Positions 38,701 to 51,500 of a DNA stretch of 64,000 nt are shown here, one piece after another. Position 1 is the first letter of the stretch; the number at the start of each line of letters is the position of its first letter. The notes beneath the pieces were generated by a model. The model did no database searches. It saw nothing but the letters and a program-made list of their open reading frames with translations, and was not told the origin of the DNA. The position numbers were made by a program, and so were the translations under genes. Source of the stretch: Basidiobolus meristosporus CBS 931.73 (Eukaryota; Fungi; Basidiobolomycota); the NCBI GenBank assembly GCA_002104905.1, contig MCFE01000332.1, positions 1 through 64,000 on the forward strand, written 5' to 3'.

Positions 38701-40356
38701 TACCTAATGAGCAGCTCCAAATGTTGGGGTGTATATTGTCATGCTTCTCATCATCTATAAAAAGATGCATCTTCTGGCAAGCAGTATATATACTCGTATT
38801 GTGGGGTGTTACACCACAGGACATTGACTGTAGCCCTGGGTTTGATCCTTGTAAAGTATATCACACTGACCCATCAGAGTAACTGATAGTTGTAGCCTTA
38901 GTACTGGTCTCCCATGGTCTGCCTAGCTGAAGGTCAAAGTTTGCCTTCTGGCAGATAAAGAGGGGAAGCCAGACCTTGATTCCTTGTACTTCAATAGGAA
39001 ACTTGTGCATTACACCATAGAGTGGACTAGATCCTGAGTTCGCATCAGTCATGTTTCATCCAATATCTATATCAACAGGGAGTAGCTCCTTACTTCTAAG
39101 TGTCTTCCAGAAGTCTAGCAGCATAACACCAATCTCTGAGCCACTGTCAATATCACAGTCAACAGGGTCATCATACTTATATCCTTACACCACAGCGGTT
39201 GCAACTGAGTAAAAGGTCTTATATTCAGTAGTGTTGTCATCCTTTTGGAGGACTTCATGGCTTGTCTGAACTCTATGGGTGTCCATTTGTTCAACAGCTT
39301 GTTGTCTTTGTCTAAGCTGCTCATTGAAAGTCTTCCTAACAGATGGGGATATACTCATGATTTCTTTAACCAACAAAGTAAGGTTCTGCTTCAGCAGCTT
39401 CTCAACAATCAGCTGAGGGTTTGAGTAGCTTGCTATCTTTGAGGTCATCTGAACATGAGGCAACAAATCTTGAGTGGGCAGTATACCAGGCCTTTTGTCA
39501 ATGATAACTTCAGGCTCTTCAAATTGTGGTCTTTTAATGATGGGTTTGGTAGCAAAGGCATTGACTTTGTATTGTCTTTTGTCAAGGCTGCTTGGACTCA
39601 CTGTATGAGCTCCAATATAGGCTTCAGCAGTAATCTTTCTGGTTGCTGAGTTAGATTGTCTGGAAAAGAGCTCTCATCCTTCCCTTTCCCAAATTGGTGG
39701 GGATCCTTCTACCTTCCCTGTCAGCAAGCATTCCATTGGCATCAAACTGTAAAGCTCCTTCTCTAAGTAGCTGACAAAGCTCTGAGCATTCTCATCTGGC
39801 ATGCTGAGTAGAGTCATGCCAGATGCAGTATCTGGGCAAAGGTCTTTGGCTCTCAGTACCTCCTTTGGCTGAGCCACTAATTTTGAAGGCTAGCTTTGGT
39901 AGCTGTTCATCAAGTTGGTCAATTCTGTTGGTAGTGTATGTCTGATGCAGTCCTTCCAAAGTGTCTGAGGGCTTCTATTCCATAGTATATCTGAGGTCTA
40001 CCATACTTGGTCTGTATGTAGGTCTTGATTAAGGTCCAGTCAGTGAGAATGTCTCCTTGTCTGAAAAGCTTAGTGGTAATATTATTGGTGCAGTAGTAGG
40101 GTAAGTCTTCATCCATTTCTTGTTCAGATAGGCTGCACATCTTGCAGAGCAGTTCCCATTTGAATATGAAGCTTTCCACATTCTTTGCATCAAACTGTGG
40201 GGCTCCATGTGACAGTGGTAATGGCATAGAGTTCATTTTGGGTAGGTAAGTTGTTATACAATCTTGATAATATAGGTAGTCTCATTGCAATAAGTGGATA
40301 ATTGCTCAAATCTTCTGGTAAATCTTGTTGGGTCCAAGGGAGCTTTTATGAACCCC

Positions 40357-40373
40357 CCCCACATTGGGTGCCA
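40357..40373 (-). other. Primer binding site of Gypsy A, tRNA-Lys(CUU)-like
   Basis: TGGCACCCAATGTGGGG lies 4 nt after the 5' LTR. It equals the known Lys PBS TGGCGCCCAACGTGGGG with both CpGs deaminated. Confidence 0.75.
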
Positions 40374-41169
40374 AATATGTGGTGGTGTATAGGTCCAAAG
40401 CAGAGATACATCCCACACTTCTCAAGTGTTTGGTGTGTGGGGTGTACACCAGGTGCAATAACCTCTGGCAAAAGCTTGCTAGGAATACTTGGATTCTGAC
40501 TAAAATCTAATGTTATGGGGAATTAAGCCACAAGCTTGTCAAGGGAAAACTATTGAGCTACAATCCCCAGCTTAGTTGGCATCTTAACAAAAGTATGTGC
40601 TGGGTTCAGATTCCTTTGAGATGACAATGTACAAAAGCTTCCAAAGTCAAAACAACAGCAAACTCCACCAGCAGGGACTTAATAAGAATGCAGCTGTGAT
40701 CAGTAGTTACAAGGACAGGAAAGTATCTTTGCCTGTACAAGAACAACCTTTGGAAAGAATCAAATATAATAAAAGATACCTACTCTGAGTATTCCTCACC
40801 AGTAGTGCCTCCAAGGTCAGTTAGCTGTCAGCATTGTTTCCTGGGAGTGTCCTGTGGTCTGGGATTGGAAGTTCAGGTAGCAGCAGGTGGCAGTTATCAC
40901 ACTTATCAACAAGTTGATATATTGATAAAAAGGATGATATTTTATTGTTAAGAGCTTACCTCCCTTGTATATTTTTCTCACTGGATAAGTGGTTACTAAT
41001 CATGGTGTTCCAGAAGGTTCCAGAGATCAATTGAAATCTCAATGACATCAGAATCAGCTAAGAGTACTTTAAGTAGGTGCTGGACGGTTCTAAGCTTATA
41101 TATGGTAGTGAGTCACGCCAAAGGGAAAATAGTGTTGCATATATGTGTGTACATGGTGCCACAACATTA

Positions 41170-42140
41170 TTTATAATGCTACCTATTGTGGGCCATCATT
41201 GAATCTTAAATTCATGTAGGTGCAATGTCTCAAATACAAGACTGCTCTAAATTCACATGAGTATTGACAAAAAAGTGATATAATAGCGTTATATTGTTGA
41301 AGGCCAAATTGTTTGACCCATGGACATGATTACTCTGATTCAACGCTGTAAGAGAAGAGAAAAAGACCATGAGGCTGTTGTAGAAAGCCTCTCAGCCATG
41401 AAGGATGCAGAGAGCATATGAAGTATTACAAGGATCAAAGCCAGTATATTGCCACAAAAGTCATATTTGACCATTCATCAGTCACTGCTGCACCAACATT
41501 ATCTTGCTGGATAGTTGATACTTCTATATTGGGACCTGGCCATCTTTCTCACCTTGCACAAACTGAGTCAGGAGCCCAGTAAGCCATCTACTGGTGAATG
41601 ATGTAATGTTGTGGCTAAAGAAGTGGCACATATCCACTAATATCACTAATGGGGGCTTTGAGGATTTATTACCGCTTCTTGCCAATATCATTCCAGGATA
41701 TAACTTACCAAGTGTATGATACAAGTGGACAACTGCCATGAGGCTGGCAACATATGACCCAGAGACTGTCCTGATGCCGGCATGTGTTAACAGTTGCATG
41801 GCATTCACATCTGAAAATGCTACCATAGCGACTTGTCCAAACTGTCAGGAATCCACCACAATTGAGGGAAAACATCATTCACAATCTGGATATATCTTAG
41901 TAATACCCCATATAAAGAAGCTCATGCAGTCCAACAAATATTGAAAAGTTTTAAAGTACTACACTCTGTATCAATCAAGCACAAAAATATCCATAATATT
42001 TAATGGCAAACATTACAAACAGCTAAGAAGCAAGGGCTACTTTGAAAGTATATATGACTATGCCTTTGCCTTGGCACTTGAGGGATTCTCATTAAACACT
42101 TTACCGGCAAATCCTGCTGGCCACTAATTTTCATCAACCT
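41170..42140 (+). pseudogene. CACTA-type transposase N-terminal remnant
   Basis: MPACVNSCMAFTSENATIATCPNCQE (C.NSC.AF...CP.C motif) and KSCWPLIFINL. The 5' part is homologous to the reverse complement of 20050-20290. Confidence 0.65.
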
Positions 42141-42149
42141 ACAGTGACC

Positions 42150-43560
42150 AAGACTAGTCCAGAGCTGTTAACAATAAATATCACAATGTCTATTTTAGCT
42201 CTTAAGGAGATTGTTCTCATCAGCCACATATGTTGGAGTGCACTGTAGTCAGTATTTTGGACCTGTTAATGCCTCCTGAGGTCTGAAGTATTTCTTAGCT
42301 TGCTTGCTGTATGAAAATCCCTTACAGATACTCAGTTTTATTGGAATTTAGTAATTTAGGCCCAAATCAAGCTGATTTTTCACTAATTGGCTGTTTTTCT
42401 GCTCCCCAATGTGTCCTAGCCTCCTATACATCATCTCCCAGTTAGGTTCATCAGTTTCAGTAATCTTGTCATACTCAGGAGCAATGATCTTGCACTGTAA
42501 CTTGTATGTACTTTGATATCTCACTCCAAAAGCTAGTTTTGGTACATTTGCACTCAGTATTGATCAATTCAGCTTAGTAAGAAACAGTTTTAGTCCCTGA
42601 GTAGTTGCTCCACTGACTGAGAGTAGGTTCTTAGCAATACCAGGTGCATAGAGTATGTCAATCAGTTTTGCTGTTGGTGCCCCTGAGACATCACTCATAT
42701 TTAGCTGCGTTGACCAACTAGCAGTGGCTGCCTGTGCAGAGTTATCTCCCCAACAAACCTTTCTTACAGAAATAGTCTTGAGTTCCTCAGCCACTCCTTT
42801 ATACCACAGAAATACTATGATACTTCAGAGTCAATAGACCAATCATTACTTTGGTTACTTGCACTCTCTTGTATAGTTACAAATAGCTGTTGAGAAGCAG
42901 TTATATGGTTTGCCTGCTCTGTTTCTGTTTTTTGTCCGCTTGTTTCTTCATGAATTTGGTTGCCTAGTGTCCTGGCTTTGTACAGTAGCAGCAGGAACCT
43001 GGGGTTTTTTTGTTTTGTTGCTTTCCCTTCTTTCCTGTCTGTCTTTATGAGCTGAATAAGGCGTTATATTTGATTTTCTCTCCTTAATCATAACATCTGA
43101 GTTCTTCATGGACAAGTATTACTTTGACATAGTCCAAAGCCAGATTGCCTTCTCTGCTTTCAAAAGAAATTATGAGTGGCTCATACTCATCTGGCAAGCT
43201 GCAAAGCAGACAGAGTCTCTTTTCTTCATCATCCGCACCAGCATTAATAATGTATAGTTCTTCTGCAAGTGTCTCTATTCTGGGAATGAGCTGTACCATA
43301 TCATCATCTGGCTTCTTCTTCATGTTGAAGAACTTTTGCTGTAAATAAAGCTTGCTTAATACCAACTTTACTTTGGCAGCATCTGAACCATGAATCTGTC
43401 CAATGAAGGAATCTTGCGCATTGATACAAATGGCATTCAAGGCTTTTCTCTCTTTCTCTTGAAACTTCTCCACTTCTCCTGCTTTTCCTTTGGCCTCAAC
43501 TTCTCTTTCTGTTGCCATATTTCAAAGCTCTCTTTCCTTAAGGCAGATATGCGTATAAAT
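42150..43560 (-). pseudogene. Ty1/Copia remnant (gag UBN2-like, decayed zinc knuckle, protease and pre-integrase)
   Basis: KLYLQQKFFNMKKKPDDDM...LLCSLPDEYEPLIISFESR, DWSIDS and DILYAPGIAKNLLSVS. Confidence 0.75.
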
Positions 43561-44379
43561 ATTCCAAAGTCTGTAGTTCTTCCCACCAAACCTCTCCTTT
43601 ACAGGGAAGATGTTTGTATTGTTCTGTTTGCTGTTAGATGTCTTCTATAGAATAGATGAAGGCCATTGGGCCTAATAACCTGTCATAATTATGAGAAGTG
43701 ATTTGGATATAAGGAACTTATCAAGAATTAGTGATATTGGTTGGACCTTTGTTTGTTCATAAGGAACCTCAGCAGTTATACCTTTGTGAAGTCACACAAC
43801 TGTAATATTAAGTAAGAAGAGCTTCTCAACGCTCAGGAGCATTCTTTAACAGTTTCAGAGTTAGTACATAATGCCTGGTAAAAGTGTTATCTGATCCTGA
43901 CTATAGGAGTATGATCATAGGACCATAAATCTAAATAAAGTGGCAAAGTTAGGGCTGTATGTTAGTCCCACAGTGTCCATGACTGGTCCAGAATTGTTAA
44001 GTAAATTTTTAGCTGCTGAATGATACCAAATAGTCATATATTTCAATAGATTTCTGGGCAGTTTCTCAGCTTTTGCGGTACAAGCAAATATTCCTATATA
44101 TTTGCATGCACTAATACTCCATTTTGCAGTGGGGAGTATTTTATATAGTTGCTTGCTTTGTGCCATGAATTTTGCAGAAGTGGATGAAGAGTTTGAAGTA
44201 TATTCTTCATCAGTGTCCAAGCTTCCTATTATAGTTTTTTAACCTGTTTCTCTCTTTGCCTTGGCTTTAAACTCCCTAAGCCTAGACAGAGCTTCTTCAT
44301 TTCTACCCATGTTTATCTAGTATAATCATCATTAAAAGAGATTTGATACTTCATCCTGCCTAGGGATAAATTTTGCATA

Positions 44380-45830
44380 GGTCCACACAGATCTGAGTAA
44401 ATTAGATCAAATTATCTTAGCTTTGACTGACCCAGAGCTCTTGAATATTTTTTTGGCTTATTTCCCATATATTCAGATTTCACAATATTCTAAATTAGCA
44501 GGGAAATCAATCTTTACTCTGGTAATTAGCTGATCTCTGATCATTTTGTGCAAATAATCAAAATTGATATGTCCAAATCTCCTGTGACAAAGCATTGGTG
44601 TTTCCTCACCTAAGTGACTTATATTGGCCTCCAGATATAATGGAATATGAGTTAACCTGTAAATACTCTGATCTCTGATACCAAGACAATATGAGCCCTA
44701 TATTGATCAGTGTTACTGAATCCAGAATTGCCAAAGCTGAAACTGATCCATTGCGTAGTGGCCTTGCTTAAATATAGTAGGTTCTTGGCTATTTCTGGTA
44801 CATAGAGTACTTTGTTGAAGGTGACTGTATGGCATTCTTTACTGCTTCTCATGTTTACCAGTACAACTTATGTTGCAACCACATCAAGTGCTCTAAAGTC
44901 ACTCATGCAAAACTTCTTGATTGCAATATTGTGATTTTGGGTTAAAAGCTCCTTTTGGGTGTTAAGTGTTGAAATGCTTCAGAATAAATATACTACATCT
45001 CAGAATCCTTGTTTGCAGTCATATATAGCGCAGATAGAATGGTCTCTCTTTGGGTGTTGCAGCATATACATATTCAGGTTGTTTCTACTCTCTTTCTTTA
45101 TGAAGCACTGGTCTGATGTGTGTCCTTTTCTTTTGCTGTGGTTGAAAAGCAGGTTACTATTGCCTTTAAAGTGCCCCAGAAGTCTCCCTTGTGGCTGACC
45201 ATTGCTTATTTAAGGATTTTCTTCTTCCTTCACATTGGTGCTTAATATTCTTAATTCTTCATTGATAATACTTCCATATATGTAATTTTAGGTCAAACAC
45301 TCAGTTCCAGACTATAGGGCTGCTACAAGGCCCTGAAACCTATCTGTCAGGCTATTCTGGATGGTAACTATTACATCCTCAACAGTAGTTGTTTTGTCCA
45401 CCAATTCCATCTTCAGTAGGGTAGTCATGTTAATAGAGCTCTCAGTTTGTTTACTGGCAGCATCTTTGTAGTTAAGAATACATGTCTGAGATACATTTTC
45501 ATAGCAACAGAACATGACTAGTATATGTTGTCCAATGTCTTTAAGGCATTTTTGCAATTTTTGCTCTTCAGTATTGCATTAGCAATTTGTCTTAGACATT
45601 AAGGCTGATGCAGTAAAAGGCACTTAATTATTTCTTCTGGTGCTTCAGGGTGTCCTCTCCCACATTTTAGATTGGTATCCTTCTCCCATGTCAATATCTA
45701 AAAGGCCTCTTTCTTATAGCAGTATCTTCATTTTCACCCTCCACAATTGGTTGTGAGACCCCCTCCCCAACTTTTCAGCACAAGGAAGAAATCTAGAAAT
45801 AGTAGAGAACATTGCAGAGAGTAATAGCTT
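44380..45830 (-). pseudogene. Second Ty1/Copia remnant (gag N-terminus to GAG-pre-integrase)
   Basis: QLWRVKMKILL, KVLYVPEIAKNLLYLSKAT and CHRRFGHINFD, in broken frames. Confidence 0.65.
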
Positions 45831-46872
45831 GAGGCAAATAACCTGTTGCAAGAGTCTTGGAGATATTGGAAGTGATTATGGGGACAAGTTGATTATGTGG
45901 TATTAATTCAACTTTTCATATAATGTAAAAGTAGCATTCATGCTTTTATATGGTCTTGGCATGACAAGCATCTAGAATAGGCTTAGGATGGTCCCAATAA
46001 AATGTAGGCAAAGTTTTGGGGCTGCTTGGAAATCTTTGAGAATTTTCATGTTTTGGGTAACTAATATTGTACTAAAAGTATTTTAAGTGAATCTGCACAA
46101 GGATTTTGGTCAGTGCTCTCTAGAATTTGAAGGAACAAGTCTAATTGACTAAGTAAGGGGCTATTTAGGTGCATTTACAAATTCTTACAATAAGTATGAC
46201 AAGAATTGCAGCCAGAGTTTTGCTACACAAGTCATATTTGACCATTCATTGGTCACCACTGTACTGACCATATCTTGCCAGCTGCTTCATACTTCTATAA
46301 TGGCACCTAGCCATATTTGTCACCTTGTGCAAACTGAATCAGGTGATATTATGACACCTTTGGGCTCACCTCAGCCATCTGAACAAGGCACTCTGCATCA
46401 TACACTACAAAAAATTACTGTGATGATCCCATCAGGACACCATGCAGAGACTGTTGAAAAATCATTGCACCCCAGATTTCACACAAACATGGTCAAATTT
46501 TTGATCATAACATTATATAAATGGCTTTTGATTGGTTCCCTGCCAGTTTGGGCACTTTCTGATTGCAGATACTTAATCACCTCCCACATTTGTGTATATT
46601 GAGAGGCTAATGCCTCTTTTTTGCATTCCTTACTTCCTCACTCTACTGTTTCTCTTACTTTTCATGCATACAAGCTAATTTATTTCCATTGCAACTTCAG
46701 TTGTGCCTCATTTGCCAAATGCATTGGCCTATACAAGTCCATACACCCTACAATAACATTAAGCCCAACCCTGCATTCAATAAGAAACTCAATTAAAGTT
46801 CACCACTCAATCAGTATTTCTGCTGTAATGCTCTGTTTCCACAACTTTGGCAGGGACCCAACAACTTTATGG

Positions 46873-47575
46873 CACTGTTCATTCACTGATTCTCAAACAT
46901 CCTGGTCTTCAGCTGGCACTGCAAGGTCTAGCACCTCATTTGCTGGTCTTTGCAATAAATCCTCGCAATATTCAAGTGTGTTCTCTTGAGTGCTGCTCTT
47001 GAAGAAGTGCTGCAACCACATGGTGTGCCTATTGATGTTCCAAAACTTCACTGAAGGCATTGTGTCAGTGTTTTGAGTTCTTGACATTGTAGCCTTGTCC
47101 GTCAGTGGGGTCCCCACTCTGTCAGCAATGGATGATGTGGAGGCTCTGGTAGACAAATTGCCTTTTTCAGCAAACTCATCTACCTTGCTGGAGTGTAGCT
47201 CAACTGGTGGCACAACTTCATGCCACTGTTCATTCACTGATTCTCAAACATCATGGTCTTCAGCTAGCACTGCAAGGTCTAGCTCCTCATTTGCCAGTCT
47301 TTGCAATAAATCCTTGCAATATTCCAATGTGTTTTCTAGAATGCTGCTCTTGAAGGAGTGCTGCAACCTCTTGGTGTGCCTATAAATGCTCCAAAATTCC
47401 ACTGAAGGCATTGTGATAGTCTTTTGAGCTCTTGACATTGTAGCATTGTCTGTCAGTGGGATCTCTACTCTGTCAACAATGGAGGATGTGGAGGCTGTGG
47501 TAGACAAATTGCCTTTTTCAGCAAACTCCTCTACCTTGCTGGAGTTTAGCTCAACTGGCTGTGCTTCCAACTCTT
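46873..47575 (-). repeat. In-frame tandem duplication with a 351-bp (117-codon) period inside a decayed ORF spanning about 46.6-48.5 kb
   Basis: CACTGTTCATTCACTGATTCTCAAACATC occurs at 46873 and 47224. The translated units (46893-47237 and 47244-47570) align throughout. Confidence 0.85.
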
Positions 47576-48579
47576 GTGAAAAAAGCTTCTTTCTTGCTGG
47601 TAATTATTCTTGGCTATGATAGGTTTCAGTCTGTTCCAGGCCTGCAGCTTTAATTGGCAAGAACTGCAGTTTTTTGGATGCTTCCTTGTCAAAAGCTGGA
47701 TAGACATTTTTCCCTTGCCTTTTTCTTTACTACTGCCAGATCTTTCACCGCTACTTTGTCCAAGTACTTCCTGTATGGGGCTGCATTTTCTCCTTGATAA
47801 ACACTGCTCTGATGCATCTGTATTGGCCTGCTTGTCTCTTGCTGGCACTCTGTGGGCATCCTTACATTCTTTTCTGCATATTTTGAGCTCTCAGCTGTAG
47901 TTGTGATGGGCCCCTGAGAATGCCACTGATTTTATTACTACCAGGACCTACACTGCTACATTGACTGAGTGCTTCTTGAGTAGTACTACACTTTTTCCTT
48001 CATAAATGTTGTGCTGGTGCATCAGAGTCTGCCGGCTTTTCTCTTATTGGCACTCTTCCAGCTACCTGAGGTCTCTTTGACACTTGTCTGGAGCATTTGG
48101 TCCTGCTTGTAATGGGCTGTTGAGGAAGCAGCTGGTTTTTAGCCATGGCACCCTTGTTCTTCTGCCTTTGATAGCTTCTGGTATTCATAAGATACTTTCT
48201 TAGCATATCAATGCTGGCCCAAAATCTGTTAGCCTGTTTGCATCCAGGATAATGCTCATGAAGCAAGTCAAGTGCATTCTGCTTGGCCTTGAGTTTCTGA
48301 TGGTCCTATGGTATGCTTGCCTTGAGGTAATGGTGTGCTCAACTACTGAAGGCCTCTTGAATATTAGCCAACTCTTCATTGCTGCACTCAATAACTTCAC
48401 AGACCTTTGATGTCTTTTGATTTTTAGGCTTTGGTGTATATATCATATTGCCTCCCTCCCATTCTGTGATAGGTTTTTCTTTGGGCTTTATCTTTAGACA
48501 GTAATCTTGTGCTTCAAAGACTGTATGGTGTTACATCAGGAAATGGCTCAATTCTTGGCTGTGACATTGAGCTACTTGA

Positions 48580-51500
48580 GTTCAAGAAAGAAGCAGCCTT
48601 CCTCAAGATGTTCAATAATGAAGAATGGAAGAATGCCATGCAGCAAATCCTGGCCCAACAGCAACTGTTACTCCAGATCCTCAGCCAACAGCAACAAGGA
48701 ATGACTACCATGGCTCAGAGCCAGCAAAGCCCTATCAAGAGCAACTTTAGTGTGAAGGTCAACCAGTACCATGGCAGAGTCAATGAAAACCTGGGAACTT
48801 GGCTCTTCCAGACTGAAGAAGCTTGTAAAGCTAAAGGAATTGCTCCAGAAAGTAAGTTGCATTATGCAGCTTCTTACCTGGCAGATGCAGCCTTACAGTG
48901 GTACAACAACAAGAGCAGGTCAGCCACCATGATGGGATGCTCTACAATCTCTACCTGGGATGAGTTTGTGTCGGAAATTCAGTATGCTTTTGAACCTCCA
49001 CACCAGCAGACACTACTAAGAAGGAAGTTAAAGACACTCAGACAGAAAGGAATGGTGCAAGAATACATCTATGAGTACAGATGTCTACTTGGACAAATTA
49101 AAAAAATGGACCCCTTAGATCAAGTTGAATACTTTATTGATGGGTTGAAAGAAAGAACTTGCAAGGAAGTGAATTACCAAAGACCTCAGACTATTGAAGA
49201 AGCCATCACGATTGCCATTGACTATGACTCAGCTATGTTTGGAGTTGGGAAGCCTACAGTGACTAAGCAGAAAGGCTACAATCATTATGAAAGAAGACAG
49301 TCCAAAGCAGTACCAATGGAAATAGATGCTATGCAGAAGAATCCTGCCTTGGAAGAATGTAAGAAGAAAGGACTTTGCTTCAATTGCCACCAGCAAGGAC
49401 ATATTGCAAGGTACTGCCCTCAGAGAAGAAATGGACACCAGCCATCAAGAACCTTTAACCGTATTGAGGCCATGGGGCATAGTAACATGAAGGATGAACT
49501 TGAAGAAGACTCAGAACTCACCTTCCACATGACAGAAGAATACCTATCCCAGATGACCTCAAACTCAGGAAAGCTATTACACTTGAATGGAGTAATCAAT
49601 GGAGTACCTGCTAAGATCATGATTGACTCACGAGCATTGCATGAATACATGTCAGAGCAATTTGCCTTGAAAGCTGGAATCAACTCAGAACCTACCAAAT
49701 CAACTTCAGTCTCCACAGCTGATGGGAACTCCCACATAATCAACCATATTACCCAGCCAGTAAGAATGAAGATCAATGACTATGAAGAAGACCTACAGGC
49801 TTATATATTTGGGAACTGCAAGTTTGACCTTGTACTTGGAAAAACCTGGCTATTTTGTTGTAATCCATCAATCAACTGGAGAACCGATGCTACTCAGATC
49901 CAAAAAGACAACAAGACCTATGAGCTATTACCTGCCAGGCTGGATTTCAACTTGGTCAATTCCAGTATGTGTGAGACAAGTGAACTTAGCAAGACCCAGT
50001 TCTGTAGAGCGCTTAGAAAAGGTACTCAGATGTTCCTCATGGCGGTTTTACAGGAGGATTCCTCTACCCCAGCACCCCAGCAGGTCCAGACACTCTTGAA
50101 GAAATATTCAGATGTGTTTCCAGATGAGCTTGTAAGCCTACCACCAGTCAGAGATGTGGATCATGCCATTGACACAGGAGATAGCCCTCCAGTGAGCAAG
50201 ACACCTTACAGAATGAGTCCATTGGAATTGGAGGAAATGAGGAGACAAATTGATCAGCTATTGGGGCAAGGATATATCAGGCCCAGCAAGTCACCCTGGG
50301 GAGCACCAGTGCTTTTTGTGAAAAAGAAGGATGGAACACTTAGGATGTGCATTGACTACAGAGCCCTGAACTCCGTTACCGTCAAGAATAAGTACCCCAT
50401 ACCTCGGATTGATGAGCTTTTGGACCAACTTAATGGAGCCACTATTTTCAGCAAGATTGACCTCATGTCAGGATACAACCAGACTAGGGTGAAGCCAGAA
50501 GACATCCCTAAGACAGCATTCAGGACCAGATATGGACATTACAAGTACCTAGTCATGAGTTTTGGCCTCACCAATGCCCCTGCAACTTTCATGACCCTGA
50601 TGCAGACTGTCTTCCAGGAGTACTTAGACAAGTTTGTGATAATCTACCTGGATGACATATTGATATACAGCAAGACAGAAAAGGATCACATGGTGCACAT
50701 TGAAAAGGTCTTGAAGAAACTAAGAGAGAACAAGCTATATGGCAAGCTAGCCAAGTGTGAATTCTTCAAGGAACACATGGAATACCTGGGACACATAGTG
50801 ACTAGCACAGGAGTGACCTTAGACCCTAAGAAGGTCAAAGTTATAAAGAATTTGAAGCAGCCCCATAGTATATCAGAACTCAGATCATTCCTTGGAATGG
50901 TTTCCTATTATCGGAGATTTGTCAAGGCTTTTGCAAGTATTGCAGCCCCTTTAACTGATATCCTCAAGAAAGACAATACCTACAAGTGGGACATAGCTTG
51001 TGAGACTGCCTTCCAGATGCTCAAGAATGAACTTGCTAAGCTGCCAAGCTTAAGAATACCAGACTTCAGAAAAGAGTTCCCTCTGTGCACAGATGCTTCA
51101 GATTATGCAATTGGTGGAGTGCTGAGCCAAGAACACAGGGAAAGGACTACCCTGTTGCCTTTGAATCCAAGAAACTGAACTCAGCAGAACAAAACTATCC
51201 AGTCCATGAGAAGGAGATGCTTGCTATAATACACTGTTTGAAGACATGGAGATGCTATATTGAAGGAGTCAAATGCACTGTGAAGACTGATCATACCTCC
51301 CTCAAGTATATATTTACTCAGAAGGTACTCTCTAGAAGAATGACAAGATGGAGTGAATACATTCAGCAATTTGACCTGGAGATTGTCTACTGCCCTGGAA
51401 AAAACAACACGGTTGCTGACGCCTTATCAAGATTAGATCAAGTTGCACAGCTTAACTTGGTGCATGAATCAGATTGGCCTAGCCTATTACTAAAGTACTT

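Larger units (their letters stand above)
28595..41094 (-). mobile_element. Ty3/Gypsy family A element (decayed gag-PR-RT-RH-IN). 3' LTR split by nested insertions; 5' LTR (40378-41094) truncated
   Basis: gag APQFDAKNVESF (39919-40236), RT LRMTRLSQGATNSV and FVDDIGIKGPK, RH FILETDAKPL, IN FVADR...TAYHPQANQTVERGH...WTGPY. PBS and PPT are present. LTR pieces lie at 35712-34873 and 28829-28595. Confidence 0.9.

Noticed and set aside
41101-41134. TAGTG motifs as possible CACTA termini
   Set aside because: Wrong orientation for the adjacent remnant and no partner TIR or TSD.
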